From the human T2T-CHM13v2.0 reference genome, Homo sapiens: a stretch of DNA of 64,000 nucleotides. Position numbers and translations under genes: made by a program. Positions 48,437 through 62,685 of this stretch are shown piece after piece; within the stretch, counting starts at the first letter, position 1, and each line of letters starts with the position of its first letter. The notes beneath the pieces are model-generated. The model was not told the DNA's origin. It was given only the letters and a program-made list of their open reading frames with translations, and searched no databases. Where the stretch lies: the NCBI RefSeq assembly GCF_009914755.1, contig NC_060929.1; one strand, written 5' to 3'.

Positions 48437-48980
48437 CAGCAGTCCCTGCTTATCTGCAGTTTCACTTTTCACAGCTTAAGTTAACCTATGGTCAACAGCA
48501 GCCTAAAAATATTAAAGGGAATAATTCCAAAAATAGGCAATTCAAATAAGTTTTAAATTCAGTACCATTCTGAATAGTGTGCTGAAATCTGGCACTGTAC
48601 CCACTGAGTCCTGCGGGGACATGAATCATACCTTTGTGCAGTGTGTCAGCGCTGCCTATGTTCCCTGTAGGTTAGCCACCTAGGAGCCATCTCGGTTATC
48701 AGAGTGACTGCCATGGTTTCATAGAGCTTGTGTTCAAGTCACCCTTATTTTACTTCATAATGACCCCAAAGCACAGGAGCAGTGATGCTGGCATATTGTT
48801 ATAATTGTTCTGTGTTATTATTGTTACTCTGCCTAATATATAAACTAAACTTTATCGTAGGTGTATTATATATGTACTGTATAGAATAAAACATAGCATA
48901 TATAGGGCTTGGTATGATTTGTGGTTTCAGGCATCCACTGGGATTCTTAGAATGTGTCTCCTGCAGATAAGAGAGGACTA
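48437..48980. mobile_element. MER44 (Tigger7-derived) DNA transposon
   Basis: Inverted termini CAGCAGTCCCTGCTTATCTGCAG / CTGCAGATAAGAGAGGACTAG with flanking TA. Confidence 0.85.
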
Positions 48981-50127
48981 GTATAATATGAGCAGATAGC
49001 AACAGGGCTGGATAGGAAGGTGGACAGCCACCCTTCACACATGCAGATCCATCTGCCTGGTAGTTCGGAGCCTCCTGTAGTGGTGACTGTTATGCTCAGT
49101 AGATTTTCCATCCCCCTTCTTCTTGGTTTCAGCCCCTTTAATGATGAGTGTGGGGATAGGCAGGGTGCTCAGGACCCTGGCTTGGCTAATGGATGTGTTG
49201 CATCCTCTGACAGCAGTGGCACGGAACCCAAACGGAGCCCAAACGGTTCTTCCTGGAATGGATGGAGAGGCACTGGGAGAGAAAGCGCTTTCTTCCCACT
49301 GGTACTGCTAAGCTGGGACTGCAGGCAGCCATGTGTATGTTTTTCTGAAGTGGAGAGGGCCTGCCTGAGGTGACTTTGTCATGGAAGCCTCATGCTTCCG
49401 AATCTCTGGGTCTCATTCCCAGGTCCCAGTTCCTGCAGTTCTGACCTCCATCTTGTGAACTACTGCAGGATTCCTCTCAGCTATAAGATTCACTGCATTT
49501 CATTTCTACTTAGTTAGAATTTCTTCTTGTGATAAAGGCTTTTTTTTTGTTGTTTTTTTTGCTGCTTCCTTCTCACCTTATAATTCCCTCTCTTAGAATA
49601 TTGGGCAGTATTTTGGTTTACATGCAGCTGGATCCCACTACACCATGAGTTTCTTGAGAATAAGGCCTGCATTACTTTTTTTTGTTGTTACTTCATAGTG
49701 CCATGCCTGGATTATGTCTGGGCACCCCAGTTTTTTCTGGGGGCAATTGGCTGCCAAAATGATCAAATGAATAATAAGCAAGCTCGACTGGGATCACAGA
49801 ATGTTTAAGTGGTAAAGGAACCTAGAGTTGTTCCTAATCTAGCGGTTTTCAAAGTTTAGACGCAGAATCCTTTCCTCATTGGAATCTTAGGTGGAAGCCC
49901 ACGTGTAGAGCTCAGGGTGTGGAGTTGCTCTGGTTGGGGTAGAGGTTGTGGCCCAGGGGGCTGCCCTCTACTCATTTCCTCAGCATGGCCTCCGTGAGGC
50001 TTTTAGAGTTTGCTGGGGGCCACATTTATCCTCACTGAGCTGCAGTTCTCCCTCTCCAATCCTGCCTTCCTTTCCTTAAAAAGTGGTTGTGAGAAATCAT
50101 AAGTTGATGCTACCGCACTACAGCTAC

Positions 50128-50144
50128 TTCTCTCTCTCTCTCTG

Positions 50145-50182
<38 letters not shown>
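50128..50182. repeat. (TC)n followed by (AC)n microsatellite
   Basis: Direct reading. Confidence 0.97.
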
Positions 50183-50184
<2 letters not shown>

Positions 50185-50498
50185 CTCTCTAGGGTCCTGG
50201 TAAAAGTACTGATGAGCGTGATATGTAATGCTGAAAGTCTCAAAGAATGATCTATACATTTCACAGTAGCTTTTGGACTTTTGGGAATAGGATCAGTTCA
50301 AATGATCCAAATTTAACCAAAGTTTTAATGGGAGAATCTCTTTTCTGAATTATGACACCTTTTCCAAACCATGCTTAATTCTTAATTCTATTTTCTGAAC
50401 TACCACCTACCATCATCAGAACACTCCATGTCCTGTCATAAACGACTGCCCTGTCATCAAGGCCCCAGGCTGGTGCTATTTTTCTTCATTATTATCAG

Positions 50499-50846
50499 TT
50501 TTTTTATTGTGGTAAAAACACATAAGTTAAAATTTACCATCTTAACCATTTCTGAATGTATAGTTCAGTAGTGTTGGTTACATTCACATTGTCATGCAAC
50601 CAATCTCTAGAACTCTTTTCATCTTGCAAAACTAGAACTCTGTGCCCATTAAACAACAACTCCCCAAGTTCCTCTTCCCTCAGCTCCTGGGAACCACCAT
50701 TCTATTCTTATCTCTCTGAATTTGAATACTCTAGGGACTTTATGTAAGTGGAATCACACAGTATTTGTCTTTTTCTTCCTGGCATTTACTTAGCATAATG
50801 TCCTCAAGGTTCATCCATAGTGTAGCATGCGACATGATTTCTTTCC
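50499..50846 (-). mobile_element. L1MB-like 3' end
   Basis: TTTTTATTGTGGTAAAA...AAAATTTACCATCTTAACCATTT. Confidence 0.85.
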
Positions 50847-50849
50847 TAT

Positions 50850-50888
<39 letters not shown>

Positions 50889-51172
50889 TTTCCAGACAGG
50901 GCCTTGCTTTTTTTCCAGGCTGGAATGCAGTGGCATGATCACGGCTCATGCAACCTCCACCTCTCAGGGTCAAGCCATCCTCCCAACTCAGCCTCCCGAG
51001 TAGCTGGGACTACAGGTGTGCACCACCACACTTGATTAATTTTTTGATTTTTTGTAGTGACAAGGTCTCACTATATTGCCCAGGCCAGTCTCGAACTCCT
51101 GGGATCAAGTGATCCTCCCATCTTGGCTTCCCAAAGTGTTGGGATTACAGACATGAGCCACCGTGACTGGCC
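50847..51172 (-). mobile_element. AluJ with (TAAA)n tail
   Basis: (TTTA)n then reverse-complement Alu. Confidence 0.92.
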
Positions 51173-51466
51173 TCCCTCCTTTTTAAGGGTGATGGGACAG
51201 AAAGCTTTTAAAGAATCTAGAGAGCAGACCACGTTGGGGGCACATAAAGAACACTTACTGAATACTCATTGGATGACTTTAATTTTTCTCGTAATGTCTT
51301 TTAAATATTTGGTTTTCTAGTTTCAATAAGCTGGACCAGTCAGATTCCCTGTGGACATGAATGAAAGAAGAGACCAATCTGAGGATGCTTTGAGAGTTCC
51401 CGAATGTTCTACAAATGGTCCTGTCCCTTCCTGGCCTTCATAAAAAGAATGTTCTTTTTAACTTTG

Positions 51467-51697
51467 AGTAGTGGTTCTCAATGCAGGTGGGTGGGTCGGA
51501 GGTGGTTTTGTCCCCTCCCCAGAGGACATTTGGCAATGTCTGTAGGCAGTTTTGGTTGTCAGGACTTGTGGGAGGGTGCTACTGGCATTTAGTGGGTAGA
51601 GGTCAGTTTGCTGCTAAACATCCTACAATACACTGGACGGCCCACAACAAAGCATGACTCAGTCTTGTGGTAATAGTGCTGAGCTTGAGAAACCTGA
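51467..51697. mobile_element. MER20 hAT DNA transposon
   Basis: AGTGGTTCTCAA...GGACATTTGGCAATGTCTG...TTGAGAAACC. Confidence 0.88.
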
Positions 51698-52488
51698 TGC
51701 AGAGACAGCAGCTCAAGAAGGTCACGCTGTGTATGGAGGGTTAGCCAATGGGGGACTTCCAGCCATTACATAGAGTGATGATTCTCCTCTTTAAGAAGGC
51801 CTGGCATATACTGAAATAGAACAACCTCCATCTACGTCAAAAGCTCAAAGTTGATACAAAACATCACATCAACAGTGGCTTTCTTATCTAAACACCATTT
51901 GTCAAAACAGAAAGCCCTTCAAACAGCTGACATTCAGGGAGGGCAGCCTCTGCCCTGCTCTGGGAGCCTCAACCCAGGATATTTCATGTTAACATAAACA
52001 GGATAAGCCTTTTCAGCTGCAGTGCTGTTTACCAGGAACCTGCTGGAATAAACTAGATTGTTAAGTTTAATTTAGTGAGCAGCAGTAATCACCGTAGTTC
52101 TTCCATTTGTGGAGAAGAAACAAACATGTGGGCACATCTGACAGAAGCTGGATTTGCCAAATGGTGGATTTGCCAAATGGTGAGGGTGACTTTGGAGTGC
52201 TACCCCAGCGGATGATGAATGTAAGGATGACAGACTCCATCCCTCAGAGGAAAGAATCAACTTAAAAGTGAAAGAAGCAAGCCTAACTGCCCTCCCTGCT
52301 CTGAGGGAGGAATGGAAAGGCATTCTGGAAACGCATTTCTGTCAAAGCCGAACATCAGCAAGTCAGTGACTAAGTTGAAAGGAAATGTGGTCAAAGGGTA
52401 CAAAGTTTCAATGACCCTGGAGGAATATCCTTTAGCGATCTATTGTACAGCATGGTGACCACAGTTATTAATAATGCATTGTATTTAT

Positions 52489-54777
52489 GCATTTATTTTT
52501 ATTTCAGTAAGATTTAATAGCTTTTTGGATTAAGCAGTAGAAAAACTTCCATACTTAACTGAGACATTTTATCAAGGCCAAAAAAATTCTTGCAAAATGG
52601 TGCAGCCGACTGACAAGCTGACATAGAAAATAAACTTTGCCCAATCACAACTTGTGACTCCCATCCTTGGAGTGCTGACTGGCCTCAGTAAGACAGAATC
52701 GCTTTAAATCCATTACTCCATGCCCACCTGAGGCACTGTTGAAGAAATCTCACTGTTCACCCAAGGTGCTGGTTCTGGTACACTTGGATCATAAGTCCAT
52801 TTGGGGAAAACTCATTTGTAAAGGTTCATCAGTTCTGTGTTCTGAGATTTTAGCTTCCTATCAAAGCTGCACTTCATGCGGCCATGGGTACCTGAAGGCT
52901 CCTGGATGTGTCCTCTGCGGCTCCACTTTGTTCTCAGTTCTACTGGTTTAAACCACTGCACATCCTCTCTATTGAAGAACATGTAACATACCACTGCCAT
53001 CTTAGTACAAATTTTGAAAGGAGGATCACTCAGGACAACTCTCTTGATGACCATTCTGTTTGGATCCACCAGCAAAAGATGGCCTGTAGCAATGAGATTG
53101 TGCATTCCATTGCTTTTCTGCTTGAAAAGCAGCAAAGATGAAGGAGGAAAAGTGGTTGGTGCGTATACTGTCACCGCCAGGGCCATATCAGCAGTCAGGA
53201 ATCTCTGAAATTTATGTTTGTCTGCTGCAGCATGCTGAGAGAATAAAGGTGAGGCTCGGAAGTGCCTGGATCTACAGCGGAATATGAGCTCCTCCTTGGC
53301 TTTCGCAGATTCAGTGCTGCCAGGGTCATGCCTCACCACCATATTCAATACTGACATCTTCTGTTCATGAGGTAGTGAAGAAAATGCAATCAAGGGTGCT
53401 CCTTGCCTGAATCACTCAACCACTGAGACAGGGACATTAGAGACATGAAGTGTGACATACTGGCCAACATCAGCTCCTTCAACCTCTTTTTCTTCAATCT
53501 CTTTAAATATGCTTTTCCTAGTACTAGTAAAGTTCTGAAACTGAAATATTCAAGCACAATCTTGAGCAATATTTTTCCTTAGGATCCTATGGAGATGTCT
53601 GGAAGCTCTTGAGGCCTTTGTATTTCTGAAACTGAATTTCTGGCAGCCACATCACAGGGGGTGTCCACCCACTTCACCTGGAAACATCTCTTCCAGTCTT
53701 TCTTGTTTACATTTCTCCAACATTTTTGCCTCAGCTTCTTCATCCACTTTCTCATCAGAGAGATCATCATGCACAGACTCCCTTGTAGTCATAGTTTCAC
53801 ATTCCTCCTCTTCTTCATCTTCACACTTTCATGCTGAGATTCCTCCTTCATAAAATCCTCATGTTCTGTATCATCATATTCTTTACCACCTTAGAATCTC
53901 CCTTCAAGAAATCCTTTGTCTCACTCAACTCCTCCTCATTGGGCCAGGTTTGCTCCCCCTGCGTTAGATCTGGGATAACCTCTGTTTGTCAGGATTCCTG
54001 TCTAGCAGGATCTGCCTTCATTAGGACTTTAAGGTCTTCTTCCATATCATCGACAGTATCCATAGCACAAATCTCTATTGCCATGTCTGGGTCCTTTTGG
54101 GATTTAATTACTGTAGGATTTAAAGGGAAAGGGTCCATGGGGTCATCTATGTGTTTCATCTGGAAATCACCACGTCCAGTGATATGCAGCAACCTATTTA
54201 CATTCAGAGTCTGCCCACGAACATAGCCTGAAATTTCCAAGGTGCCCACCAAATTATTCTCTTCACTAGGAACAAAATCAGCAGTATGGGCAAATAGGTA
54301 GGCCTGCTGATCTCGAAAAGCAAGATGCCATTGCTTCTGGTTAGCCAACTGCCTAAGCAGCATCCCTGCCTCCTGTTGAGTGTCTAACAAGAGGAGTTTG
54401 TCATCCAGAAAGTGCTTCTCCACTGCTTTACTTAGCTTCTTTCTGGCATCTATTTGTTTCTTCAGTGGGAGGCCAGATAATCCCTGGACAGCTAGTGCTA
54501 ATGAGGAGAGCCATCCTTGCTACCCAGCTGTCTCTTCTCCGCCAGAACCACCTCCTTCTTCTGCTTTTGGAGCTGACTGGCGGAATGCCTCTGGTCTACT
54601 CTGCTGAGTTCTTTTCTCACCTTCTTGCTTAGGGTTTTCAGTGCTAGATGGCCCTTGCCATCCTGCTGTGCAGATCCCCGACCCCGATGCTGCCCACTTT
54701 TATGAGCTTTATTCTGCATCTTGAGTGGGCTGGAGTGGTGGGCTGCCATGCTGCAGCTCACGTGTACAGAGTCAGCC
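52489..54777 (-). pseudogene. TSR1: Processed pseudogene of TSR1 (pre-40S ribosome maturation factor); ancestral CDS 54749 to 52713
   Basis: ORF fragments match recalled human TSR1 (MAAH..KELSRVDQRH; DKLLLLDTQQEAGMLLRQLANQKQ; WFKPVELRTKW; ending GME*); intronless; short 5'UTR; ATTAAA at 52513-52518 and decayed poly(A); 12-bp TSD CATTGTATTTAT; multiple stops and frameshifts. Confidence 0.96.
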
Positions 54778-54789
54778 CATTGTATTTAT

Positions 54790-54968
<179 letters not shown>

Positions 54969-55087
54969 TAAAATAGAGTTTTAATGTTCTCATCACAAAA
55001 AAATGATAAATTAGTGAGGCAATGCATACGTTAACTAGTTTGATTGTATCTTTCTATAACATATGCATAGATCAAAACATCACATTG

Positions 55088-55181
55088 CCTCCTTTTCCAC
55101 CGTATAGCAGAAGGATGGCACAGACACTTTGAAGGGAACAAATAATACAGAACCAACACACAAACAAATGATTGGAAAACA
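55088..55181 (+). repeat. 94-bp direct copy of 56533-56626
   Basis: Ungapped, 7 mismatches by manual comparison. Confidence 0.95.
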
Positions 55182-55674
55182 TTGTACTCCATAAATATAT
55201 ACAATAAAATAATTACAAATTAAACAATAAAATGTGGAAGATTTGGATATTATTTTTCTTCCCATAGTTAAAATAATACTCTTTAATAAAAATTGTACAA
55301 GCTTTTTTTTTGTGTGAGTTTGTCATATTAGAATTCCCATCTACAGAAGACCAGGGAAAGAATGAAGGTTCTTAGTAGTAAGAGGAAATATAGTCTAGCC
55401 CAGCAGCACTCAGAGATCCGGTACTATCTCGAGTACCACTAATCGAGCGGATGCATCCCTTTTTGATAACTATAACTATCCCTCAGTGCCAAAATTTACT
55501 GTTTTGTCTAATCTCTGGCCAGCCCAGTTGAGCTAGAGAAAGGTTGTGTTTAAGTGCAGTAAATGCCTCAAAGGGAAACAAGTGAGTTTTCATCCAGGTG
55601 GTTCCCCTTTCAGCTGCAACTTAATTTCCTCTCGTTTTTTGCTCCATTGACATAGTAGAGTTATAGTTCGTCCT

Positions 55675-55895
55675 CAATGCAGTGGTTAACAGTTCAGACT
55701 CTAGATTAGACTAGCAAAGTTTGAATCCCAGCAAGTTACTAAACCTTTTTGTGTGTCCTGTTCTTCACCTTTAAAATAAGAATGATAATGCTTGTACCCA
55801 CCTCATACAGTTGTGCTGACTTAAGTGATTTAATATTTGTAAAGCACATAGAACAGTTTAGGTGAATGGTGAATACTATATTTGGTAAATAAATA
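55675..55895 (+). mobile_element. MIR
   Basis: GCAGTGGTTAA...TTTGAATCCCAGC...CACCTCATACAGTTG...GTAAAGCACATAGAACAG. Confidence 0.8.
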
Positions 55896-56799
55896 AAAAT
55901 AATGCCTGCCATCTTAAGCTGGAATCTCTAAATTTACACATTAGACTGCAACTAAACAGACTTTGGAGTCTGGAGCTAAATCATAACAGGGAACAGGTAT
56001 CCTAAAAACGAACATGCATTTACCAAACAGCCCTCAATGTCTCCAGGGCTGATTTTTAACTGCTATTGCAAAGGATTCCACCCTCCCAGGGCCTGCACAT
56101 GCTGAAGGTATACGACGGCCTGGAAAAAGTGTCAGATGGTTTTCATAAACTTGGCACTGACCAATCATCTACCTTCTTATTCGTTGGGTAGGTGCTAACT
56201 GTAAGTTGGGTAAAATAGAAGTTTTACCAGAGCAGGGGGCTGGGACACCACAGAATAAACCAGCAATCCCTCTGACGTGGAGGTGATAATAGCAATTCAG
56301 TCAGGAGGTGACAGTCTGGACTAAGGGTGTGGTTAAAATGGCACAGGAGGGGCAGAATCGGAAACAGGTATAAGCTGCAGGCCAGGACTGTCCTTAGGGG
56401 CAGTAATGATGGGAGAGACCAAACCAACAGCCCGATTCAATGATGAAAGCTGAATTGGGCATGGCCGCAGAAGGAAAAGTCCAGCACCTGTCTCAGCTCT
56501 GGCAGTGGCTCATCCACCTGCTCTCCCTGGAACCTCCTTTTCCACTGTGTAGCAGAGGGATGGCACAGATACTTTGAAGGGAGCAAATAATACACAACCA
56601 ACACACAGACAAATGATTGGAAAACAATTATACACAGCAATTCTTGCCTACTCTCTTGAGGCCCGAGAAAGTTCAATCAAAACCAGAATTAAAGAATGCC
56701 AGTACTGGCCACCACAGGCAGGGGCTCATGGGCTTTGGAATCCAAGAGAGAGAGAGGACTCGTGGATGTCAAACACGTTGCTGACTGCAGAAGTTTCAC

Positions 56800-57148
56800 T
56801 TTTTCTTTTATTTATTTATTTATTATACTTTAAGTTTTAGGGAACATGTGCACAATGTGCAAGTTAGTTACATATGTATACATGTGCCATGTTGGTGTGC
56901 TGCACCCATTAACTCGTCATTTAACATTAGGTATATCTCCTAATGCTATCCCTCCCCGCTCCCCCCATCCCACAACAGGCCCCGGTGTGTGATGTTCCCC
57001 TTCTTGTGTCCAAGTGTTCTCATTGTTCAATTCTCACCTATGAGTGAGAACCTGCGGTGTTTGTTTTTTTGTCCTTGCGATAGTTTGCTGAGAATGATGG
57101 TTTCCAGCTTTGTCCATGTCCCTACAAAGGACTGTGCAGCCATAAAAA
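56800..57148 (-). mobile_element. 5'-truncated L1PA with a tiny 5' inversion
   Basis: TTATTATACTTTAAGTTTTAGGG L1PA 3' end; TSD AGAAGTTTCACTTTTTC at 56789 and 57149. Confidence 0.94.
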
Positions 57149-57613
57149 AGAAGTTTCACTTTTTCACTTTACCATTTTCCTTAAAATTTCCCATGGATGG
57201 TATTCTTGGTTTTTGGGGTGGAAGAGAGAGAGGGAGAAGGGAAACAGGAAGGAAATATTTCAAGGGGGAGCAAAGTTGAATTAAGACTGGTGGTTGAAGG
57301 CTGGCGATGAATGCTCCATCTCTTACTTCTCTCCTTCCATTAATGTCTAAGGGGAAGCAACAGAAAAGGTCGGTTCTGAGTAGGGGAAGCAAAGGCAGAG
57401 CAGTCCCGCTGCTGTCATCAGATTTAGCGAGATTTTTGCCCAGCTGTTTGCTGAAAGAAAAGCAGGAAAACGAAGAACCAGAGGGCTCAGGCAGGGCCAC
57501 TCTGTCTTGAATGGTCTCATTCCTCATTCTCAAAGAGAATCTTTCAGGGGTTAGCTCTTCCTTGAGAATTTCTGCAGCTCAGAAACCTGCCCTTTGAAGC
57601 CCAGGGTGGCCAC

Positions 57614-58758
<1,145 letters not shown>

Positions 58759-60997
58759 GCACCAACTTGAAGGTTTGGACTTATTGGAAATAAACAAACT
58801 TTTCCCTGGGAGGTGGATCTACTCCACATTGTCCCTACGGACTTATATTTGGCTTTTGCCAGTAACGGTTTGTACAGTGACCCTTGGTGTGGTTCTGCTC
58901 CGGATCCCCCTATATCTCTCTGGTGGAAAATTTCCTAGCTGCTCCAGGCTGTGTAGGGGGATCAAGAATGGAGCTCTTTGTTTAGACTTTGCGTGGTGTA
59001 CATAAATAACGAGCATATGGGGAATTTTCAAGCCAGAGGCATTTCAGAACTAGGCAAGGGAAGAGAGGTTTCATTTGTTAAAGACATTTCCTGTTAAAAT
59101 TCATCACAAGCTTCTCTACATCCTCCCTTTCCAGTGTCCTGCCCCCTCCCCACACACCCCAAATATGTAAGAGACTTTCTTAGCAGCGTAGGCCCAACAG
59201 GATGTTGTGAGAATGAATAAGAAAAAATTAATACATCAAACCAGATGAATGGAAAAAGCTCTGTTTCTTTTTATGCATGTAACTTCAGAACTGTAAAAAG
59301 GGAACGAGTAAGAGAATTTCTCATAAGTGAACGTGCTGTTAAGTGTGTCTAAATTGTTTATACAAAGGGTTGCCTTCAGAAAATCACCCCAGTTGTTCCT
59401 TTTAGTTATGGGGACATGCACTGAAATTCTACCTTCAGGATTTTAATGGAGACTTCTTTTGTTAGTAGCTTATGTGCCTAGCTGTCCCAGGCTGAAAAGT
59501 AGGGGGGTCAAGTTTCAGGTGTAAGAGCTGATCTACTCCAAGCCAGTCCACCCAGAAAGCAGGAGGTGGGCCTGGCCCTGGGGAATAATTTTGGATTCGC
59601 TGAACGCAGGGTACCCCACTTAGTTACTGCTATTTCCTATTATCCTGTGGATGCTTGACAGCAACCACATCTATTGGCTCTGTAAAAGCTCTTTTAAATA
59701 AAAATATTTCATTAGCTGCCAGGGAATTGGTGAGGCAAGCTGTGTAAAAGGCAGCTCCATTTGCTTGCGTCTGGGAAGGAGGTTGACTCCTGGTTAGCAC
59801 AAGCATCCCAGTTTCACACCCCATTAACAGGGTGTCAGTTGGATTTCTCCCTTTTAACCCAAACCACAACCCTAGGGAAGCTGGCCAGCCTTCCAGTTGC
59901 TTCTGGTGTAGATATTCATGGCTTCATGGTCTGACTTAGTTGAAGTGATTTCTTGCAACAGTTTCAGAAGAGGCACGTCCACATTCAAATGTAACCATAG
60001 GAACGTATAGCAATGATAAATGTTCATCATATAAGGATTGCCTTGTATTTTGAATTATGGTGCTTTCTGGACAAACCTCCTGAAGATCAATGTGTATAAT
60101 TGGTAATTTGCAGTAATATTAGGAAATCAAATAGAAAAAGTAACAAAAAATTACAAAAAGTAACAAAAGAGTAATAATTCCTACTCTTAAAAATATTTCT
60201 TAAATGGTAAGGTGCAAGAGAGAATACAGAATATAAAGCATAAAACTGAAGGAAGTCGGATTAGGGTACAATTTATTGAAGATCTACAATGAGCCAGGAA
60301 ATGCACTAAGTTCTTTACTGTGTATCCTTATCTTGGGAGGAGAGAGAGTGGGGTGGGGGGTGAGGGAGAGAGAGAGAGAGAATATGAATAGATCCATTTG
60401 GAGAATTTGTCTTGCATTATTAAAGAAGGGTAATTTATAAGAGTTTCATGAAGTCATTTAGGAGTTTGAGGGGCAACAGAAGAGATGTAATTATGTATCC
60501 CAAAACCCTAAACCCAACAATCACATTTTTCTGATTTACAGAAGGTCTAATCCCTGAGTAATGTTTTTAAGGTTCAGGTCCAAACCCTGGCTTTGGAATA
60601 ATTGGCCTGTTGCCTGGAGTCAGGGCTTCGGCTTTTAGAGGCAAAAACAATAATCAAAAACAGCTTTCAGAAAGATGTCACTCTACCCCAAGCCTACCAC
60701 AGTGACTTGCACATAGTATGGCCTGAAATAAGAGTTTGCGTAATGGATGAACAGAGGATTTTATATTGAAATGTTGTTTGTAGCAGACAATTCCTATACT
60801 TCTTTTTCCACTTGAAGATGATGAAGAGAGACTTGTCTGAATTGCAATAAGAGGAAATAGGTTAGAATTCCCAGCTGCAAGCAGAAATAAATCTTGGTAA
60901 GAGCTTCAAGAGGGTTAATGAAGTTCTTTCTGGAGTATCTATGGCAACAGAAAGGCTAAACATGGCCCTGTGTACTATGTAGAAGAATAGGGTAGAT

Positions 60998-61376
<379 letters not shown>

Positions 61377-61717
61377 TAAATCTCCCGGAATGATGGAACT
61401 CTTTCTTTTGGTCAAGATGCTCAGTCTTTTTGAGGACACAAGCATCACGCAGCTGATGTTGCCTGAATTGTGTTATGGTATAAAAAGGATACATATCAGT
61501 TAGGGATTGGTTTAGCTGAGAATGAAGGCAAACCCCAAATAAAATGGCATAAACAAAATAGAAATTGAAGAAGTTCAGAGGAAAGTATCCTGTTCATGAC
61601 ATTGTCAGGAGCCACTCTTTCACCTTGTGGCTTCTCTACCTCATGGTCCAAGGTGGTTGCTTGAGCTCCAGCCATCATGTCTACATTCTAGCAAGGAGGA
61701 AAGAAAGGTATATTTCA

Positions 61718-62013
61718 TTTTTTTTTTTTTTGAGACAGGGCCTTGCTCTGTTACCCAGGCTGGAGTGCCGTGCCATAATCACGACTCACTGCAGTCTTGA
61801 CCTCTCCTGGGCTCAGGTGACCTCCCACCTCAGCCTCCTGAGTAGCTGGGACTACAGGCATGTGCCACCATGCCTGGCTAATTTTCGTATTTTTAGTAGC
61901 GATGGGTTTCGACATGTTGCCTAGGCTGGTCTTGAACTCCTGAGCTCAAGCAATCTGCCTGTTTTGGCCACCTAAAGTGCTGGGATTATAGGTGTGAGCC
62001 ACCACGCCCAGCC
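61718..62013 (-). mobile_element. AluJ within an old MLT1 remnant
   Basis: Poly-T plus J-type Alu. Confidence 0.92.
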
Positions 62014-62685
62014 ATATTCTATTCTTACAAGGACACTTCCTAGAAGTTGCAAGAAGCACCTTTGCTTTTATAGTGTTGGCTAAAACTTACACATAGATAT
62101 CCTACTTTCAGGGAAGACTAGTAATGTGGTCTCTATTTTGGACATTAAGCACTAGTGAAATACAAGGGATTCTATTATGAAGAAAGCAGAGGAGTTTGGT
62201 TAGAAGGGGACAACTTGCAGTCTCTACCATGAGGGTAAAACGGGCATCTAAGAGGTTTAAAGACAAGGCTTGTCACCCTGACCATGAAAACATTACTTTC
62301 CTTTCTAACTGTTCATTGTTAGCTTCTCGTTTGAAAGCAGGCACCAAAGGGAATCACTCTACACTCACCTTGGTTTTTCTCTCAGTTTTAACTCGATTTT
62401 GAAATCCTGACAGTAGGAACATCTTGGCAGAGCCTGAAAGTGTTCACTAGACTCTTGGAGGCAGCCTAGGTTCCCAGGAGAAGAGCACTGCTTTCAAACT
62501 CTAATGGAAAAATGCACTGTGAGGCAGGAGGTCTGGGCTAGGGCCTGAAATTCTACATTTCTAACAAGGTCCCTAGTGATGCAGTGCTGCACTGCACAGA
62601 CCAGGTTTTCAGTGCAAAGATTTAGAGAAAGTTCTCTATGGCTATCTGAGTCCCAGTTTGTAGCAGGATATTCAGGAAGGGATAG

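Noticed and set aside
52149-52180. Perfect 16-bp tandem duplication TGGATTTGCCAAATGG (similar small ones at about 8477 and 23588)
   Set aside because: Ordinary slippage duplications with no sign of function
52812-53393. 193-aa open TSR1 C-terminal frame as a functional retrogene
   Set aside because: Starts at a non-ATG codon, ends at a premature TGA, lies downstream of multiple disabling lesions and has substitutions at conserved residues; a dN/dS test would be needed to revive it
60503-60515. AAACCCTAAACCC, resembling a plant telomere repeat (also near 26681)
   Set aside because: Fewer than two full units; expected by chance
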